Virus record (IMG/VR): IMGVR_UViG_2713896899_000007 | Coordinates: 7,041-71,040 of that record | Source: a virus | Taxonomy: Duplodnaviria; Heunggongvirae; Uroviricota; Caudoviricetes | Direction: 5' to 3' (one strand) | Length of the DNA stretch: 64,000 bases | Shown here: piece by piece, positions 1 through 10,497 of the stretch | Numbering within the stretch: position 1 is the first letter of the stretch | How the letters are laid out: each line of letters opens with the position of its first letter | Notes under the pieces: model-generated | Seen by the model: only the letters and a program-made list of their open reading frames with translations | Database searches by the model: none | What the model was told of the DNA's origin: nothing | Made by a program: the position numbers and the translations under genes

Positions 1-1448
1 TCCGACTCCATTCTGGCGGTATACAAAAGCCACAAACCAACTCGGTGAGCCTGGCCTCGGCTTGTACATCCAAATGCTACGACTTCTGTTTTACGCTCAC
101 CATAACGGCGCATTGCGTCCTGATCTTCAACGTACTCGATATTTTGCTTATAACCGTCCTCCTTGTTGTTGTAGGTTACGAGCGCAACGGATGGGCGATC
201 TTTACGCGCAGAACCTTTATAGGTAAACAGTCCATCTTTGACGTTGGAGTTGGTAAACATCATTACCGGATCTGATGGGCTATCCTGCATGATGTTAACC
301 ATGCCACCAGCCCAAAACACCATGCCGCGGAATGCACCGGCAATATCCTGAATTAATCGGTATGCGTCTTGTCGACTGGTGATCTGCGTATTGATTGCAA
401 AGCGTTTCTCTTTACCCCCAAAGCCATCATCGACCTCTTCGTCACAATATCGACCAATCTGGTAGAGCTGGCCGAGGTCAATCATGGATTCCGACACAAA
501 TTGCCCAAGACCATACCGAGTATTGGTAAGCAAATCGTAGAGAATCCACGCAGGGTTTGAAGAAGACAACAGCTTAAAAGTACCGTCCCATACGCCGACA
601 TAAGTATTGGTGTATTCGTTGTAGTTTGACGGTACTCGGATTTTGATACCGCGCACCAAATACGAACGGGAAGGCATTGTGCTACCAAACTGCTCTGAAT
701 TGACCTTCAAGCCAACAAGAGCAGAGTTAGGGTAGTTCATTGGCGTGTCGACAATCTCACCGATGGAATCAACCCATGTGTCGTTGTAGAGGTACTGGCT
801 ACTGTTATCATCTGTAAGACGAATTACCCTAACCTTGTATGCACGACCAGGCTTAGGCAGTTTCAGCTCATAGCTACGGTAATACACGCCGGTTTTCTTT
901 GCCGTTAGCGTGATATCAACGCTTTTCTCACCTTCTGCCACTACATCAGAAAATGTTGCGTCTCCGTTGGCGATCTGGAATTTGTACTTCACCGTAGTGC
1001 CGTTTGTATCGCCAGAGCTTTTATCAACGCTACGTAAAGAGGGGAATTTCATGATGACACGAACGCGATCAGCTTCATCGTTATCGATTGAAACCGTAAC
1101 GTCGTGTGTTTTTTTAAGCTGAATATTTACGGACTTAGGCGTTTCGACAAAATCAAAACCAGCCATTGGCGTCTGGTCTTGTGAGCCGTCACGAAAATCC
1201 CATGTAATACCGCTGAAGTTGGAAGAGCCATCTTCATTCAAGATCGGTAAATCGTCGATGAAGATCGACTTTGCGCCATTTACCAGGCCACCGATAACCC
1301 CCTCGCCAAGAAGGTCGAGGATGGCTGCCATAGCACGAGAATTGACAGTATCATCAGCTTCAACCGGTGTACGGCTGGAGCTTTTACTTTTCTTGCCACC
1401 AGCACCGGCAATAAGAAGCGGTAATTTTTTCTTCTTGAACTGTTCCAT
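1..1448 (-). CDS. Host-specificity / central tail fiber protein (lambda gpJ-like), N-terminal 482 codons; gene continues past window start
   Basis: ATG at 1446-1448 (minus); open frame to position 1, not in ORF track because it is truncated; translation MEQFKKKKLPLL...NYPNSALVGLKVNSEQFGS...FGCTSRGQAHRVGLW matches the conserved N-terminal region of lambda J as I recall it. Confidence 0.85.
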   Translation of the reverse strand, partial: MEQFKKKKLPLLIAGAGGKKSKSSSRTPVEADDTVNSRAMAAILDLLGEGVIGGLVNGAKSIFIDDLPILNEDGSSNFSGITWDFRDGSQDQTPMAGFDFVETPKSVNIQLKKTHDVTVSIDNDEADRVRVIMKFPSLRSVDKSSGDTNGTTVKYKFQIANGDATFSDVVAEGEKSVDITLTAKKTGVYYRSYELKLPKPGRAYKVRVIRLTDDNSSQYLYNDTWVDSIGEIVDTPMNYPNSALVGLKVNSEQFGSTMPSRSYLVRGIKIRVPSNYNEYTNTYVGVWDGTFKLLSSSNPAWILYDLLTNTRYGLGQFVSESMIDLGQLYQIGRYCDEEVDDGFGGKEKRFAINTQITSRQDAYRLIQDIAGAFRGMVFWAGGMVNIMQDSPSDPVMMFTNSNVKDGLFTYKGSARKDRPSVALVTYNNKEDGYKQNIEYVEDQDAMRRYGERKTEVVAFGCTSRGQAHRVGLWLLYTARMES

Positions 1449-1465
1449 GTCCAAAAAATCCTTGA

Positions 1466-2059
1466 TTACATAAGCTGGTCGATGGTGATAGAAGAACTCA
1501 CGACCTGTGAGCCAACTAAAATTTCCTCGCCATAGATAAGCTGTACAGGGTTCCCCTGGTTTGTTGTGTTTTGAGGTCCATCAAAGTAATAAGAGTTCGA
1601 GTTATCCGCCTGCCTCACACTTTCGTTAGTGGCTTGCGGAGATATGATTTGCGCTATACCGCCCATCATCAGTGACAAACCGAGAGGCGCAAGAGCGGGC
1701 AAGCCAAAAAAAGATGCCACCAATAAAGTGGCTCCAACAACCGTCTGAAACCACCCAAAAGCAGATCCGCCGCTTCCTCGCGGAACAGGGGTAATGCGAA
1801 TTTTGGCAATGTTTTCAGACTGCCCCATCATCTGATATTCACTCTCGTCCACAGACCACTTGTGGCCTTGTTTATTGGTGATCTGGATGTGGTATCTGTC
1901 ATAGGTTTTGATGTTGCGCTTCATCCATGCTTTAAACCCAGGCTTGTTGGCCTCAATTAAATCCAGAGCCTGTTTTGTATTGCGCACCTTTAGATGCCAG
2001 TGGCGGCCAAAATGTTTGGCCATAGGGCCGCCAAGCTGCACATGAACTAACTCAGACAC
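1466..2059 (-). CDS. Tail assembly protein (lambda gpI-like)
   Basis: 197-aa ORF between K-like and J-like genes; hydrophobic C-terminal half; assignment by synteny in a J-I-K-L-M block. Confidence 0.55.
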   Translation of the reverse strand: MSELVHVQLGGPMAKHFGRHWHLKVRNTKQALDLIEANKPGFKAWMKRNIKTYDRYHIQITNKQGHKWSVDESEYQMMGQSENIAKIRITPVPRGSGGSAFGWFQTVVGATLLVASFFGLPALAPLGLSLMMGGIAQIISPQATNESVRQADNSNSYYFDGPQNTTNQGNPVQLIYGEEILVGSQVVSSSITIDQLM

Positions 2060-2871
2060 GTCTCATCTCCCTTGAGCAAGTCTCTGTGACGCAAGTGATG
2101 CGTCGTATGTTTCTGATACATCCCGCCGTAATAAGCACGACAACTTAGGCGGTCGATCTGGTGATGAAGAATCATTCCATCGCCGATATAAACCGCGCAG
2201 TGGTCAGGCATTTTCCCGTATTGGATAAAGAAGATGTCCCCACGTTGAGGCTCTGTTCCGGGCGCAAGACGCACCAATCCCTCGTTACGGTAGTTCTGAT
2301 CGAGAATGTCGTTATCGCCGGTGTACCACGATGGAATATGCAGGTGTGCGTTCGGGTTTAGTTCGACGTTAAACTCACGCTTCAAATAGTCCCGACACAA
2401 CATCCAGCAATCGAATACGCCAAATACATACGGTCTGCCCAGGTATGGCATTTCGAAACCATCAGGTGTGATCACATTCATCTCGCTAAAATGGAAAGGG
2501 GCATCTCCCTCAACATTCTTGCGAATAGCCAGAATCATCCACGGAACTTCCGTCGCTTCGCAGCCTGCACGATCGGCATCAGATGCTTCTGCTGATTCAT
2601 CAGTATGTGAATGCCAGATTGCGATAACATCACCCGCATCCTCTGCCGCCATAATGTCGTCAACGTGCATTACAAAAGTGTTCTGCGGGTTCTCCGAAAC
2701 ATTCCGCGCTTCCATAAAGCGATATTTGTCGCCATTAGTTCTAACCAGAAAGCCACACGCTTCATTAGGGTAGCGATTTATGGCGCAGAGATAGATTTGC
2801 TGCATAACGTCAGAGCCAAGCTCAGGGATTGCTTTATTACCCATACCGCGTAGCTCCAATAAATCCGCCAA
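2047..2871 (-). CDS. Tail tip assembly protein (lambda gpK-like; MPN/JAMM plus NlpC/P60-like)
   Basis: Motifs EACGF, AIWHSHTDESAEASDADR and DHCAVYIGDGMILHH resemble lambda K; start may be the internal Met at 2805. Confidence 0.7.
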   Translation of the reverse strand: MADLLELRGMGNKAIPELGSDVMQQIYLCAINRYPNEACGFLVRTNGDKYRFMEARNVSENPQNTFVMHVDDIMAAEDAGDVIAIWHSHTDESAEASDADRAGCEATEVPWMILAIRKNVEGDAPFHFSEMNVITPDGFEMPYLGRPYVFGVFDCWMLCRDYLKREFNVELNPNAHLHIPSWYTGDNDILDQNYRNEGLVRLAPGTEPQRGDIFFIQYGKMPDHCAVYIGDGMILHHQIDRLSCRAYYGGMYQKHTTHHLRHRDLLKGDETCLS

Positions 2872-3568
2872 AATGGATCACACCGTCGGCAAAATAATTC
2901 CGACGCGCATTACAGGCGTCATAACGTTTTGTGCAGTAATCCGCACCAGACATAGACGTCTGCTGGTTATTTTTGTCGAAATATGGACCGGTATAGCCGC
3001 ATTCTGGCCCTCGGTATTTCCACGGGCAGGTGTTTTTAATGATCTGACGATACGGCAGTTGCACCCCCATCAAATCGAACACACTGGACAATTCAAACTC
3101 GACAACCTGATGAGTTTCGAGAGTTTTCTGTTCGATAAACCACATTTCATCCGGGAAATGTTGGTTTGGATCTGCTGTTGGGTTGCCGTCTTTAAAATTA
3201 ACGGCATCGAGGAAGCGAGCCAGCGTCATCTTGCGAATAATGCGGCAGCCAACAAGATCGTCGTTTGCCTGAACTTCCGCAGAGACGGTTCCGGCAAAGT
3301 TCGACACCTGAATTTTTGGACGTGGCAACGTTCCCTGGCCAGTTTTGTCAAAGCCTGATGCTTTGATTGGCCACGGCTCGTATGTCACTCCTTGCCAGAC
3401 GACCGGTTGCATCAGTTCGTTTGTTCCGGCATGGAAGAATAGCTTCCCCCCTGAAGTTGTGTTCGACATATCCAGTACGAACAACTCAATGAGTGCAGAG
3501 GGAGATAAGCTCTGAATATCAGCTTTAATTCCCATTGTTTCATCCTTGAAATAAGTAGGCGCTAACAT
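2837..3568 (-). CDS. Minor tail protein (lambda gpL-like)
   Basis: 243 aa; VVWQGVTYEPWPIKASGFD, ARFLDAVNF and TCPWKYRGPECGYTGP match conserved lambda L blocks. Confidence 0.8.
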   Translation of the reverse strand: MLAPTYFKDETMGIKADIQSLSPSALIELFVLDMSNTTSGGKLFFHAGTNELMQPVVWQGVTYEPWPIKASGFDKTGQGTLPRPKIQVSNFAGTVSAEVQANDDLVGCRIIRKMTLARFLDAVNFKDGNPTADPNQHFPDEMWFIEQKTLETHQVVEFELSSVFDLMGVQLPYRQIIKNTCPWKYRGPECGYTGPYFDKNNQQTSMSGADYCTKRYDACNARRNYFADGVIHFGGFIGATRYG

Positions 3569-3617
3569 CCTGTCAGCGCCACAATAATAGTAAATTAGTA
3601 CTTACTTATCCAGATAC

Positions 3618-3953
3618 TTAAGCCTCAAATACTTGTCTGAATGGAGCGGTTAATACTGCGTACCCTTGATATCGCTTGACCGTATGACTGTCGCATACAA
3701 CTACAATCCGTTTTCCTCTTGGATTAACCCAATAGAACGACTCAACACCTGCTCGCTCAGTCAGGAAGTCATCGATTGCATTAATTTCGTTGTATGATCT
3801 GGTAAAGGTTAACGACCATTCTTCTTTAATACGATTAAGACCTTGAGCCTGTCGCTGCTCGTAGTCATCACCAAAATTAAGTACCGTTACATTCGGTTTT
3901 ACGCTTTTTTCAGATTCGTAATCTGGATACCAATTAAACGTTTGTCTTTCCAT
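3618..3953 (-). CDS. Minor tail protein (lambda gpM-like)
   Basis: 111 aa; FGDDYEQRQAQGLN resembles lambda M FGDGYSQRAPAGLN; position between TMP and L. Confidence 0.7.
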   Translation of the reverse strand: MERQTFNWYPDYESEKSVKPNVTVLNFGDDYEQRQAQGLNRIKEEWSLTFTRSYNEINAIDDFLTERAGVESFYWVNPRGKRIVVVCDSHTVKRYQGYAVLTAPFRQVFEA

Positions 3954-3995
3954 CTCACATCCTTGTGAGACAGCCCCGACCGGGGCAGTCGATAG

Positions 3996-6900
3996 TTAGT
4001 TACGTTGAGTGTTTGGGTTGAGTGATCCGCCAGGGCGTTTTTCTTGAGCGATAGTCTCAAGTACGACGGCTTTCACCCGTTTAGCAGCATTGTTCCATAT
4101 GCTTTCTGTATCGCCGGATTCTGTCGTGCTACCGTCACTATGGACGTTGATCTCAATTGATACAGGAGAAAGAACATTTCCGCCTCCACTCATACCATCG
4201 GTACTGAGCGTTACAGGGATTGTTCGGCCATCAGGCAATGGAACATACGCCTCATTCATAGAACCTTCCCCAAACAACGCTAATTGAGGTGAGTTAGCAA
4301 TACCGCCTTTCTGGTATGCCCGGAGCGGGATCACGCCGTCTTTTCCGAATATTCCTCCATTTGCAAACTTCGGGATTGCAGGAATGCCTTTAGTTCCGTC
4401 AGCCACACTGCTAGTTGCGGTTTTAGCAGAGCTTGATGTCACACTGTCGAAACCACCACCTGCCCATACTGAAACCAACCCAGATGCAACTGTCGCGCCG
4501 AAATTCAACCACTTATTACCAGAGCCGGAAGCATTAGCTCCAAGCATTGCAAACGCGGCAGACAGAGCACCGGTAACAGAGCTGAGGTTCTGCATCGAGA
4601 AGATGGAATCCTTCACTGCTTTTGTCTCAGCATCTTTGGCTTCGGTGCTATCAAATAGCCCTGATACCCAGCTACCAATCGCATTTGTTGCTGTGCCAAT
4701 TGCGCTGGTGGTCTGCTGTGTCGTTTGCCCCAATCCAGTTACCGAACTGGACGTCTCCTTCGTGGCTTCTCCTACCGACTTGTCGCCGTTAACAGTGTTG
4801 CCCATTCGTACCCCTTGATTGGCAACGGCGGAAGCAACCCCGGTCAGCAAATTACCACTCTGTGAACTACCAGCTGCGGTGGTTCCCATCCCCAACATGT
4901 TCATTAGAGGCAGCGTGATCTGCGACTTCACGACCATATTGGTGATATCTTTCAAAATGGACTGAGACAGGCTGGAGAAGCTCATCTTCCCGTTAATAAC
5001 GAAATCAGTCAGGACATCAGTTAAGCCACTAAACAAATCAGTCCAGGTGCTTTCGATCTGCTCTGCCAGGTTTTCGTATTCCAGTGCCAACTTCTGCGTC
5101 GCAGTCCCCGTCTCTTTAATAAGCGCGGTATTGCCAGCAGCAATAAGTTGATTGATTTTCTTTGTATAAAGCGCCACGACTTTAGGATCAGACGCCTTAT
5201 CACGAAGTTCTATCAACGCTTTGAGATTGCGGTTGTAGGTGTCTTCGAAATCAGCAACTTTCTCTTCACGAGACGGCGTATAGCCAGCACTAATAATGGA
5301 ATCCGCCTCCGGTGCCCAAGTGGAGATCATCTGCTCAACATTGCGGCGATTAAACATCTCGCGATATTCAGGTGTCGCATTTTTGAGGTCCTCAAGACGT
5401 TTTTTCGCCTTGTCGATCATCTCTTGAGTGATGAACTCGTTAGGAACCGCATTAGCCAAATCTGTCAGCGATTTCGTTGTATCGCGAAGAGACTGATCAA
5501 ACGATACCGTAGCCTTAGAGCTTTCACCCATTTGCCCCATAAGCTGATCGGCTTTGTCCAGAGCCTTCTGGTATCCGGCTGCCAGTTTCTGTTGCGCTGC
5601 CTGTTCCTTCTTGGCCGCACGCTGCGAGGCGTTAGCTGATCGTTGGGCTGCTTTCTCGGCAGCTGCTGCATCCTGTTCACGAGCTTTAGTCAGTGCAGCA
5701 ATGGCTGCGGCACGCTCTTCATCGCTCATTTTCTCCAGAGAGCTGGCACTGGATGCTTTCTGCAAATTAAGCTGCGTCTTGAGTTGTTTAGGCCCAATAA
5801 TCGGCTTACCTTCGAAGTCCATCATCGGAGTGCCGTCAGGCAAAGTACGTTGATAAGTCGCAGAATCCATCTGGTTTCGCATATATTGCGCCAGCGCCTT
5901 CTGAGCTGCTTTATCAGTTGTACCTAACCCCAGAACAGTCCCCTGGTTTGACATTACGCCCTTACCAGTTTTGGCAGCGTTATCTCTCTCGAACTCTGCC
6001 TGAGTCAGTTCCTGAGCGACGACTTCCAAATTCTCCTGATAACCACGAATACTGCCTTGCAGTTTCTTGATCTGCTCGGTGTTTCCTTCCTTTTTCGCTT
6101 TTTCAAGCTGATCATTAAGAGTGGCTATTTGCCCCTCGACAGCATTCTTACGAGAAGAAAGTGAATCAACCAGTTTTTGCGCAGGCTCCAGATAGCTTTT
6201 GTTTACCGTTTCACGTAACGGTGCCAATAGTTTGTTCTTTTCGTCATCAGAAAGTGAATCGTCATCATTGATTTTTTGGATCTTCTCCAGAGCCTCTTGA
6301 CGAGCTTTAGCGAATGTTGCCGCAAAGTCTCTATTCTCTTCCCGTATTTTCTCTATCTGTGATTCTGCCGCATCTTTTGCAAGACGTTTGGCTACAGCAA
6401 TGTCTCCGCGTTCAATTGCCCCAGTAGTTTTATCGCGTTTCTTACGAAGGTCATTTAGCTCATTTTCTATACGCTTACGTTCATCCTGATTAATCTTTAC
6501 TGTAGTTCCGGCCATACCCGGCCCATAAACCACCTTTTCGCCAGATTTTAACTCTTGTTCCTTTTGCGTGATTTGTTGCTCAAGACGCGCTTTATACTCC
6601 GCCATCTGTGCACGTTTGGCCGCTGTCATCGCCTCTGGTATTTTCCTAATCTCGTCAACGACCTTTGAAGTTTCGCTGCGGAGCATGGTCATGTACGTGA
6701 TTAGGCCAGCAACAGCTACAGTGGCAACTGTAAATGCTGCCCCTATAGGGTTTGCTGCAATGAACGCCGTTAATCCAGCAAAAGCGCCTTTAAGCCCCGT
6801 AATCGCCCCACGGATGGCGAAAATAAGAGAGGGGATCGGAGCCAGCCCCATACGTGCCGCACGATTGAATCGAGTTACTGCTGTAGCGCCGAGGTTAAAT

Positions 6901-8582
6901 GGAGTCTGTATGGCGGTCGCCATCGTGGCAAAGGTGCTAACCATCTGGCTGCCAGCGCCAACTCCCCCCATGATCCCTGCTCGCATCAGTTTGAACGCAA
7001 CCATCGCGGCCACGACCTTACCGAGATTAATTACCAGCTCTTGGTTCTTTGCTAACCATTGAGCAAGCTGACGCAACCCATCGATTGCCGTCGTTAACCC
7101 CGAACCTAAAGAATTGGCAAACGAAATCCCTTCGGCGCTATTCATGATTGAAGCCAGTTCTTTCATCCCCTTTGATAGAGAATCCAGATATCCGGCCTGA
7201 CCAACTCGATCAGCAAATAACGTGAATGACGTCTGAAGTTGCGCCAGCGCACCTGTGTAGGTTTGCATCATGTCTTTCGCTGCGTTCTCGTTCTCCGCAC
7301 GCAGACCAACAAACATCAGAGACAACGCCTGCTTTGCCTCAACCGTACCGCTGGCAACGGCTTTAGTTAGTTCCCCCATAGTGATGCCTGCGGCGTCTGC
7401 CATTGCCTGCATCGCGTTAGGAACGGCTTCACCTAATTGCTGACGTAGCTCTTCCATTGACACGACGCCCTTACCGGACATCTGCTGAACGGCCACAGCC
7501 GCACGTTTCAACAGCTCACTATCACCACCAAAACGAGCAACGGAGTCCACCAGCGCCTTCAGAGAACCATCGGTTGGATCTAAGCCAGCAGAACGAAACT
7601 TCACGAAGGAGTCTGTTAACGCCTGCATCGCGAACGGCGCATTTTGAGCCATGTCTACGATGTACTTCATATCATCAGCGGCAGCCTGGCCAGGGTTGGA
7701 CTTCTCCTTATTCAACCCTCGAAGCATCACCCGCATACGTTCCATTTCGGCCGCAGCTTCAACAATAGGCTTCTGCCACCCAAACATGATGTCAGTAACC
7801 GTTCTGGCTGCATCTCCGATCTCGCCAAGCAGGAAAATGTTGCCACGAAGGCCAGAGAACATACCTCCTTCGTTATTTTTACCGCTGTGGCCAGAAGCGC
7901 CGCTACGCTGCCTGCTACCGCTACCACCATCGCCACTTCCAGATGTACGAACGCGTACCGGCTTGCTAATCAGTTGCTGACGTCCGATAACTTCGTCCAT
8001 CTGCTCACGAACCTTTTTCAGTCCCTCGGCAGCCTGACTCGTTGTGACACCCCAATTACTGAGTCGCTTCGTCGTGGTATTAAGGCGCGTATTCATGCCA
8101 CTCACGGACGCAGAGGCTTCTTTGACCTCCGTACCAAAGCGGCTTGCGCTTTTGCTTGCATAGGTCGCCCAATCAGAGAAATCATTTAGCTCTGATTGCA
8201 CTTTACGTAATGACGCGGTGAGTTTATCTACTGAAGAAGTTGTCGTATCGACGCGCTCAATCAGGGCTTTAAGACCAGAATTGAGGCTGGTGATGTTGCC
8301 ACGCATTTTACGCGTAGCATCTGAAGCAAGCTCAAAACCGGCAGCTACATCCTGTAGTTTATCTGCCGTAGAATCGAGCTTGCTTTCCAGAACGCCAATG
8401 ATACGGGCGACCGAACCCAAAGAGCGTTCAAAGGTTTGGATTTTTTGAGCAGGCTTTGTTACCTGCTCACCAAATCGAGTAAGCAGTTTCCCCGCACGAT
8501 CGATTGACGCTGTAAACTGTTTGTCTTCCAGCGACAGGATAAACTCTACGTTTTGTGACATTCCCTTGTCATCCTCTGCCAA
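3996..8582 (-). CDS. Tail tape measure protein
   Basis: 1528-aa ORF, long coiled-coil-rich centre, Gly/Ala/Ser-rich hydrophobic segments, directly upstream of the tail tip genes. Confidence 0.85.
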   Translation of the reverse strand: MAEDDKGMSQNVEFILSLEDKQFTASIDRAGKLLTRFGEQVTKPAQKIQTFERSLGSVARIIGVLESKLDSTADKLQDVAAGFELASDATRKMRGNITSLNSGLKALIERVDTTTSSVDKLTASLRKVQSELNDFSDWATYASKSASRFGTEVKEASASVSGMNTRLNTTTKRLSNWGVTTSQAAEGLKKVREQMDEVIGRQQLISKPVRVRTSGSGDGGSGSRQRSGASGHSGKNNEGGMFSGLRGNIFLLGEIGDAARTVTDIMFGWQKPIVEAAAEMERMRVMLRGLNKEKSNPGQAAADDMKYIVDMAQNAPFAMQALTDSFVKFRSAGLDPTDGSLKALVDSVARFGGDSELLKRAAVAVQQMSGKGVVSMEELRQQLGEAVPNAMQAMADAAGITMGELTKAVASGTVEAKQALSLMFVGLRAENENAAKDMMQTYTGALAQLQTSFTLFADRVGQAGYLDSLSKGMKELASIMNSAEGISFANSLGSGLTTAIDGLRQLAQWLAKNQELVINLGKVVAAMVAFKLMRAGIMGGVGAGSQMVSTFATMATAIQTPFNLGATAVTRFNRAARMGLAPIPSLIFAIRGAITGLKGAFAGLTAFIAANPIGAAFTVATVAVAGLITYMTMLRSETSKVVDEIRKIPEAMTAAKRAQMAEYKARLEQQITQKEQELKSGEKVVYGPGMAGTTVKINQDERKRIENELNDLRKKRDKTTGAIERGDIAVAKRLAKDAAESQIEKIREENRDFAATFAKARQEALEKIQKINDDDSLSDDEKNKLLAPLRETVNKSYLEPAQKLVDSLSSRKNAVEGQIATLNDQLEKAKKEGNTEQIKKLQGSIRGYQENLEVVAQELTQAEFERDNAAKTGKGVMSNQGTVLGLGTTDKAAQKALAQYMRNQMDSATYQRTLPDGTPMMDFEGKPIIGPKQLKTQLNLQKASSASSLEKMSDEERAAAIAALTKAREQDAAAAEKAAQRSANASQRAAKKEQAAQQKLAAGYQKALDKADQLMGQMGESSKATVSFDQSLRDTTKSLTDLANAVPNEFITQEMIDKAKKRLEDLKNATPEYREMFNRRNVEQMISTWAPEADSIISAGYTPSREEKVADFEDTYNRNLKALIELRDKASDPKVVALYTKKINQLIAAGNTALIKETGTATQKLALEYENLAEQIESTWTDLFSGLTDVLTDFVINGKMSFSSLSQSILKDITNMVVKSQITLPLMNMLGMGTTAAGSSQSGNLLTGVASAVANQGVRMGNTVNGDKSVGEATKETSSSVTGLGQTTQQTTSAIGTATNAIGSWVSGLFDSTEAKDAETKAVKDSIFSMQNLSSVTGALSAAFAMLGANASGSGNKWLNFGATVASGLVSVWAGGGFDSVTSSSAKTATSSVADGTKGIPAIPKFANGGIFGKDGVIPLRAYQKGGIANSPQLALFGEGSMNEAYVPLPDGRTIPVTLSTDGMSGGGNVLSPVSIEINVHSDGSTTESGDTESIWNNAAKRVKAVVLETIAQEKRPGGSLNPNTQRN

Positions 8583-8838
8583 ATATTTGCATCAGTTGCT
8601 CTTTGGCGTCAGGGTCTGCCTTATCCTGGCTTGGATCGTAGACTTTATCTGTTACGACTGGTCTTCCAATCCTGAGTTGCAAACCCTCCATGAACGCCTT
8701 CACAGCCTCGCCATCCGCCTGGGACGCACGGGCGACTTGTAAGTTGCGGACATCCTCTTCCGCACGCAGACGGTCTATATTGCGACTGAGCATCCAGAAC
8801 ATCGTGAGAGGTATGTTCAATAGCTCTAATGGCGACAC
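8569..8838 (-). CDS. Tail assembly chaperone extension segment (gpT-like, probable frameshift product)
   Basis: Short ORF in a different frame between the gpG-like chaperone and TMP, overlapping the TMP start; canonical position for a G/GT frameshift. Confidence 0.4.
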   Translation of the reverse strand: MSPLELLNIPLTMFWMLSRNIDRLRAEEDVRNLQVARASQADGEAVKAFMEGLQLRIGRPVVTDKVYDPSQDKADPDAKEQLMQIFGRG

Positions 8839-8918
8839 GGCGTAGTGAGCAACTACACGACTGAAATAGAATCCGAGATCTATTGAGACGGTCCTTGTCC
8901 CGGATTCATCACGGGAAA

Positions 8919-9236
8919 TTACTTTGCCCCTTCGCCAGCCGCTTTTTCGTTTTCTTCATCAATCACTTCCATAGCGAAGGTGAAGATCTGCTGGAGTTGC
9001 GGAACAGTCAGTTTTTCAAGAATTTCGTCAGGTACTGAAGGGATAACCTTACGAACCAGATCTGCATAAGCTGTCACTTGCTCAACAGGAGACATGTTCA
9101 TGAGATCTTTTCCTTCCATCTGCTTGATGGAAACGAACAGACCTACCGTCATTTCAACGATGGGATATTCCTGACCGCCAAATTTGATGCTTTTCTTCGG
9201 AGGCAGAATGGAATCTAGATCGAGTAATTTGGTCAT
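8919..9236 (-). CDS. Tail assembly chaperone (gpG-like)
   Basis: 105-aa acidic protein between major tail protein and TMP. Confidence 0.55.
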   Translation of the reverse strand: MTKLLDLDSILPPKKSIKFGGQEYPIVEMTVGLFVSIKQMEGKDLMNMSPVEQVTAYADLVRKVIPSVPDEILEKLTVPQLQQIFTFAMEVIDEENEKAAGEGAK

Positions 9237-9291
9237 TGGTTAAAATCCTTTTAAAAGAGAGGCCCATCCTGAGCCTCTGCTTAATTACTGA

Positions 9292-10074
9292 TTAATCTGC
9301 GGGGTTAATCGTTACTGACTTAGTTGCCTTCTTACCACCGCTATTGCTGGTGAAGGAGATATTTGTAGAACCCTGCGCCACACCACGTACCAGACCCGTT
9401 TGATCTACCGTGGCCTTTTCCTGGTCTTCGGATTCCCAAACACCGGTTTTGTCTGCGGCATCAGCTGGAGTGATTTCGGCTGTCAGTTGCACAGTTTCTC
9501 CAGCTTTTACGGTTGGAGATTCCGGTGAGATCGACACAGTTTTTACCGGTTTAGGGCCGCTCATTCTTCCCAGAACGCCTTCGTCATCAGGGTACGCACT
9601 GAACTGAACAGAGAACACACGAACATCATCAGACTGGTAAGTCATGGTGAAGTTACCTGCGGTCGCAGCTTTCGGGATAGTCAGAACGTAGTCGGTAGTG
9701 TCCTGCGGAGTCAGAACCAGCTCTTTGGCTACGTCGATCAGGTTGACACCCTGTGCGGAAGTGATGGTCACCGCATTGTCGTCTTCGTTCAGAGTAGACC
9801 CCGGCATCAGATCGACCATATTTTTCAACACAGACTCGGCCAGCGGCGCAGTAATGGTAATGTTACGACCCTGCACCAGCTCGGACATAATTGTCTGGCC
9901 GTGCTGGTCGACGGTGACTTTCAGCGTTTCAGTGGCTACTTCAACCTGAACACCACCTTTGGTGTAACCCAAATCCACACCACCAAACGACACCTTACAG
10001 GCACCAAGTTTGATGTTTTTTACATGGGTATTAGACATTGATGGAAAACTCCTTTTTCCGTTAATTCTACGCAT
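9292..10074 (-). CDS. Major tail tube protein with C-terminal Ig-like (Big_2) domain
   Basis: Position upstream of the chaperones; C-terminal segment PTVKAGETVQLTAEI...ATVDQTGLVRGVAQGSTNISF is a bacterial Ig-like fold as in lambda gpV C-terminus; likely start at internal Met 10038. Confidence 0.6.
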   Translation of the reverse strand: MRRINGKRSFPSMSNTHVKNIKLGACKVSFGGVDLGYTKGGVQVEVATETLKVTVDQHGQTIMSELVQGRNITITAPLAESVLKNMVDLMPGSTLNEDDNAVTITSAQGVNLIDVAKELVLTPQDTTDYVLTIPKAATAGNFTMTYQSDDVRVFSVQFSAYPDDEGVLGRMSGPKPVKTVSISPESPTVKAGETVQLTAEITPADAADKTGVWESEDQEKATVDQTGLVRGVAQGSTNISFTSNSGGKKATKSVTINPAD

Positions 10075-10112
10075 TCATTGCGCTAATGGTAAGTATATAC
10101 TTACCGATTAAC

Positions 10113-10469
10113 TTAATTCAATAAATAGCCAGCAAATTCAACAGGAATGCCTGCTTCTATTAATGCCCCATCATTTTTGGGATAAATGATTGGCATCGCC
10201 ATCGGTCGTACAAGTCGAAAATAAACACCACCAGATTCCGTTTCCTCTACTGGAAGCATCTCAATGATTTTATTGGCTTTCTCAACCGTCGTAGTGATTG
10301 ACGAACCACGCACAATGATTGTGAATGATTCGTGATAAAAGCCCTGTAGCTCATGATCGATGCTGATGCCGGTATTTGGGTTAATAAGCAGGACGCCAGA
10401 TTTCACATTGGCAGGCAAGTAGTGACAGAAAATGTCAGTCCCGACCGTGCCAATCTTTGCCTTCTGCAT
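10113..10469 (-). CDS. Hypothetical tail completion / terminator protein
   Basis: Track ORF 10113..10619 overlaps the upstream gene by 122 bp; internal Met (MQKAKIG) at 10469 removes the overlap; function by synteny only. Confidence 0.35.
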   Translation of the reverse strand: MQKAKIGTVGTDIFCHYLPANVKSGVLLINPNTGISIDHELQGFYHESFTIIVRGSSITTTVEKANKIIEMLPVEETESGGVYFRLVRPMAMPIIYPKNDGALIEAGIPVEFAGYLLN

Positions 10470-10497
10470 CAAACTTGCAAACGCTTCGATAAACACA

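Noticed and set aside
45-1122. Small plus-strand ORFs in the first 1.4 kb
   Set aside because: They lie within the J-like tail fiber gene on the opposite strand
4384-8189. Plus-strand ORFs (4384..4818, 5148..5639, 6568..7062, 7644..8189 and others) inside the tape measure gene
   Set aside because: Antisense to a 1528-aa structural gene; Ala/Ser/Pro-rich compositions typical of shadow frames
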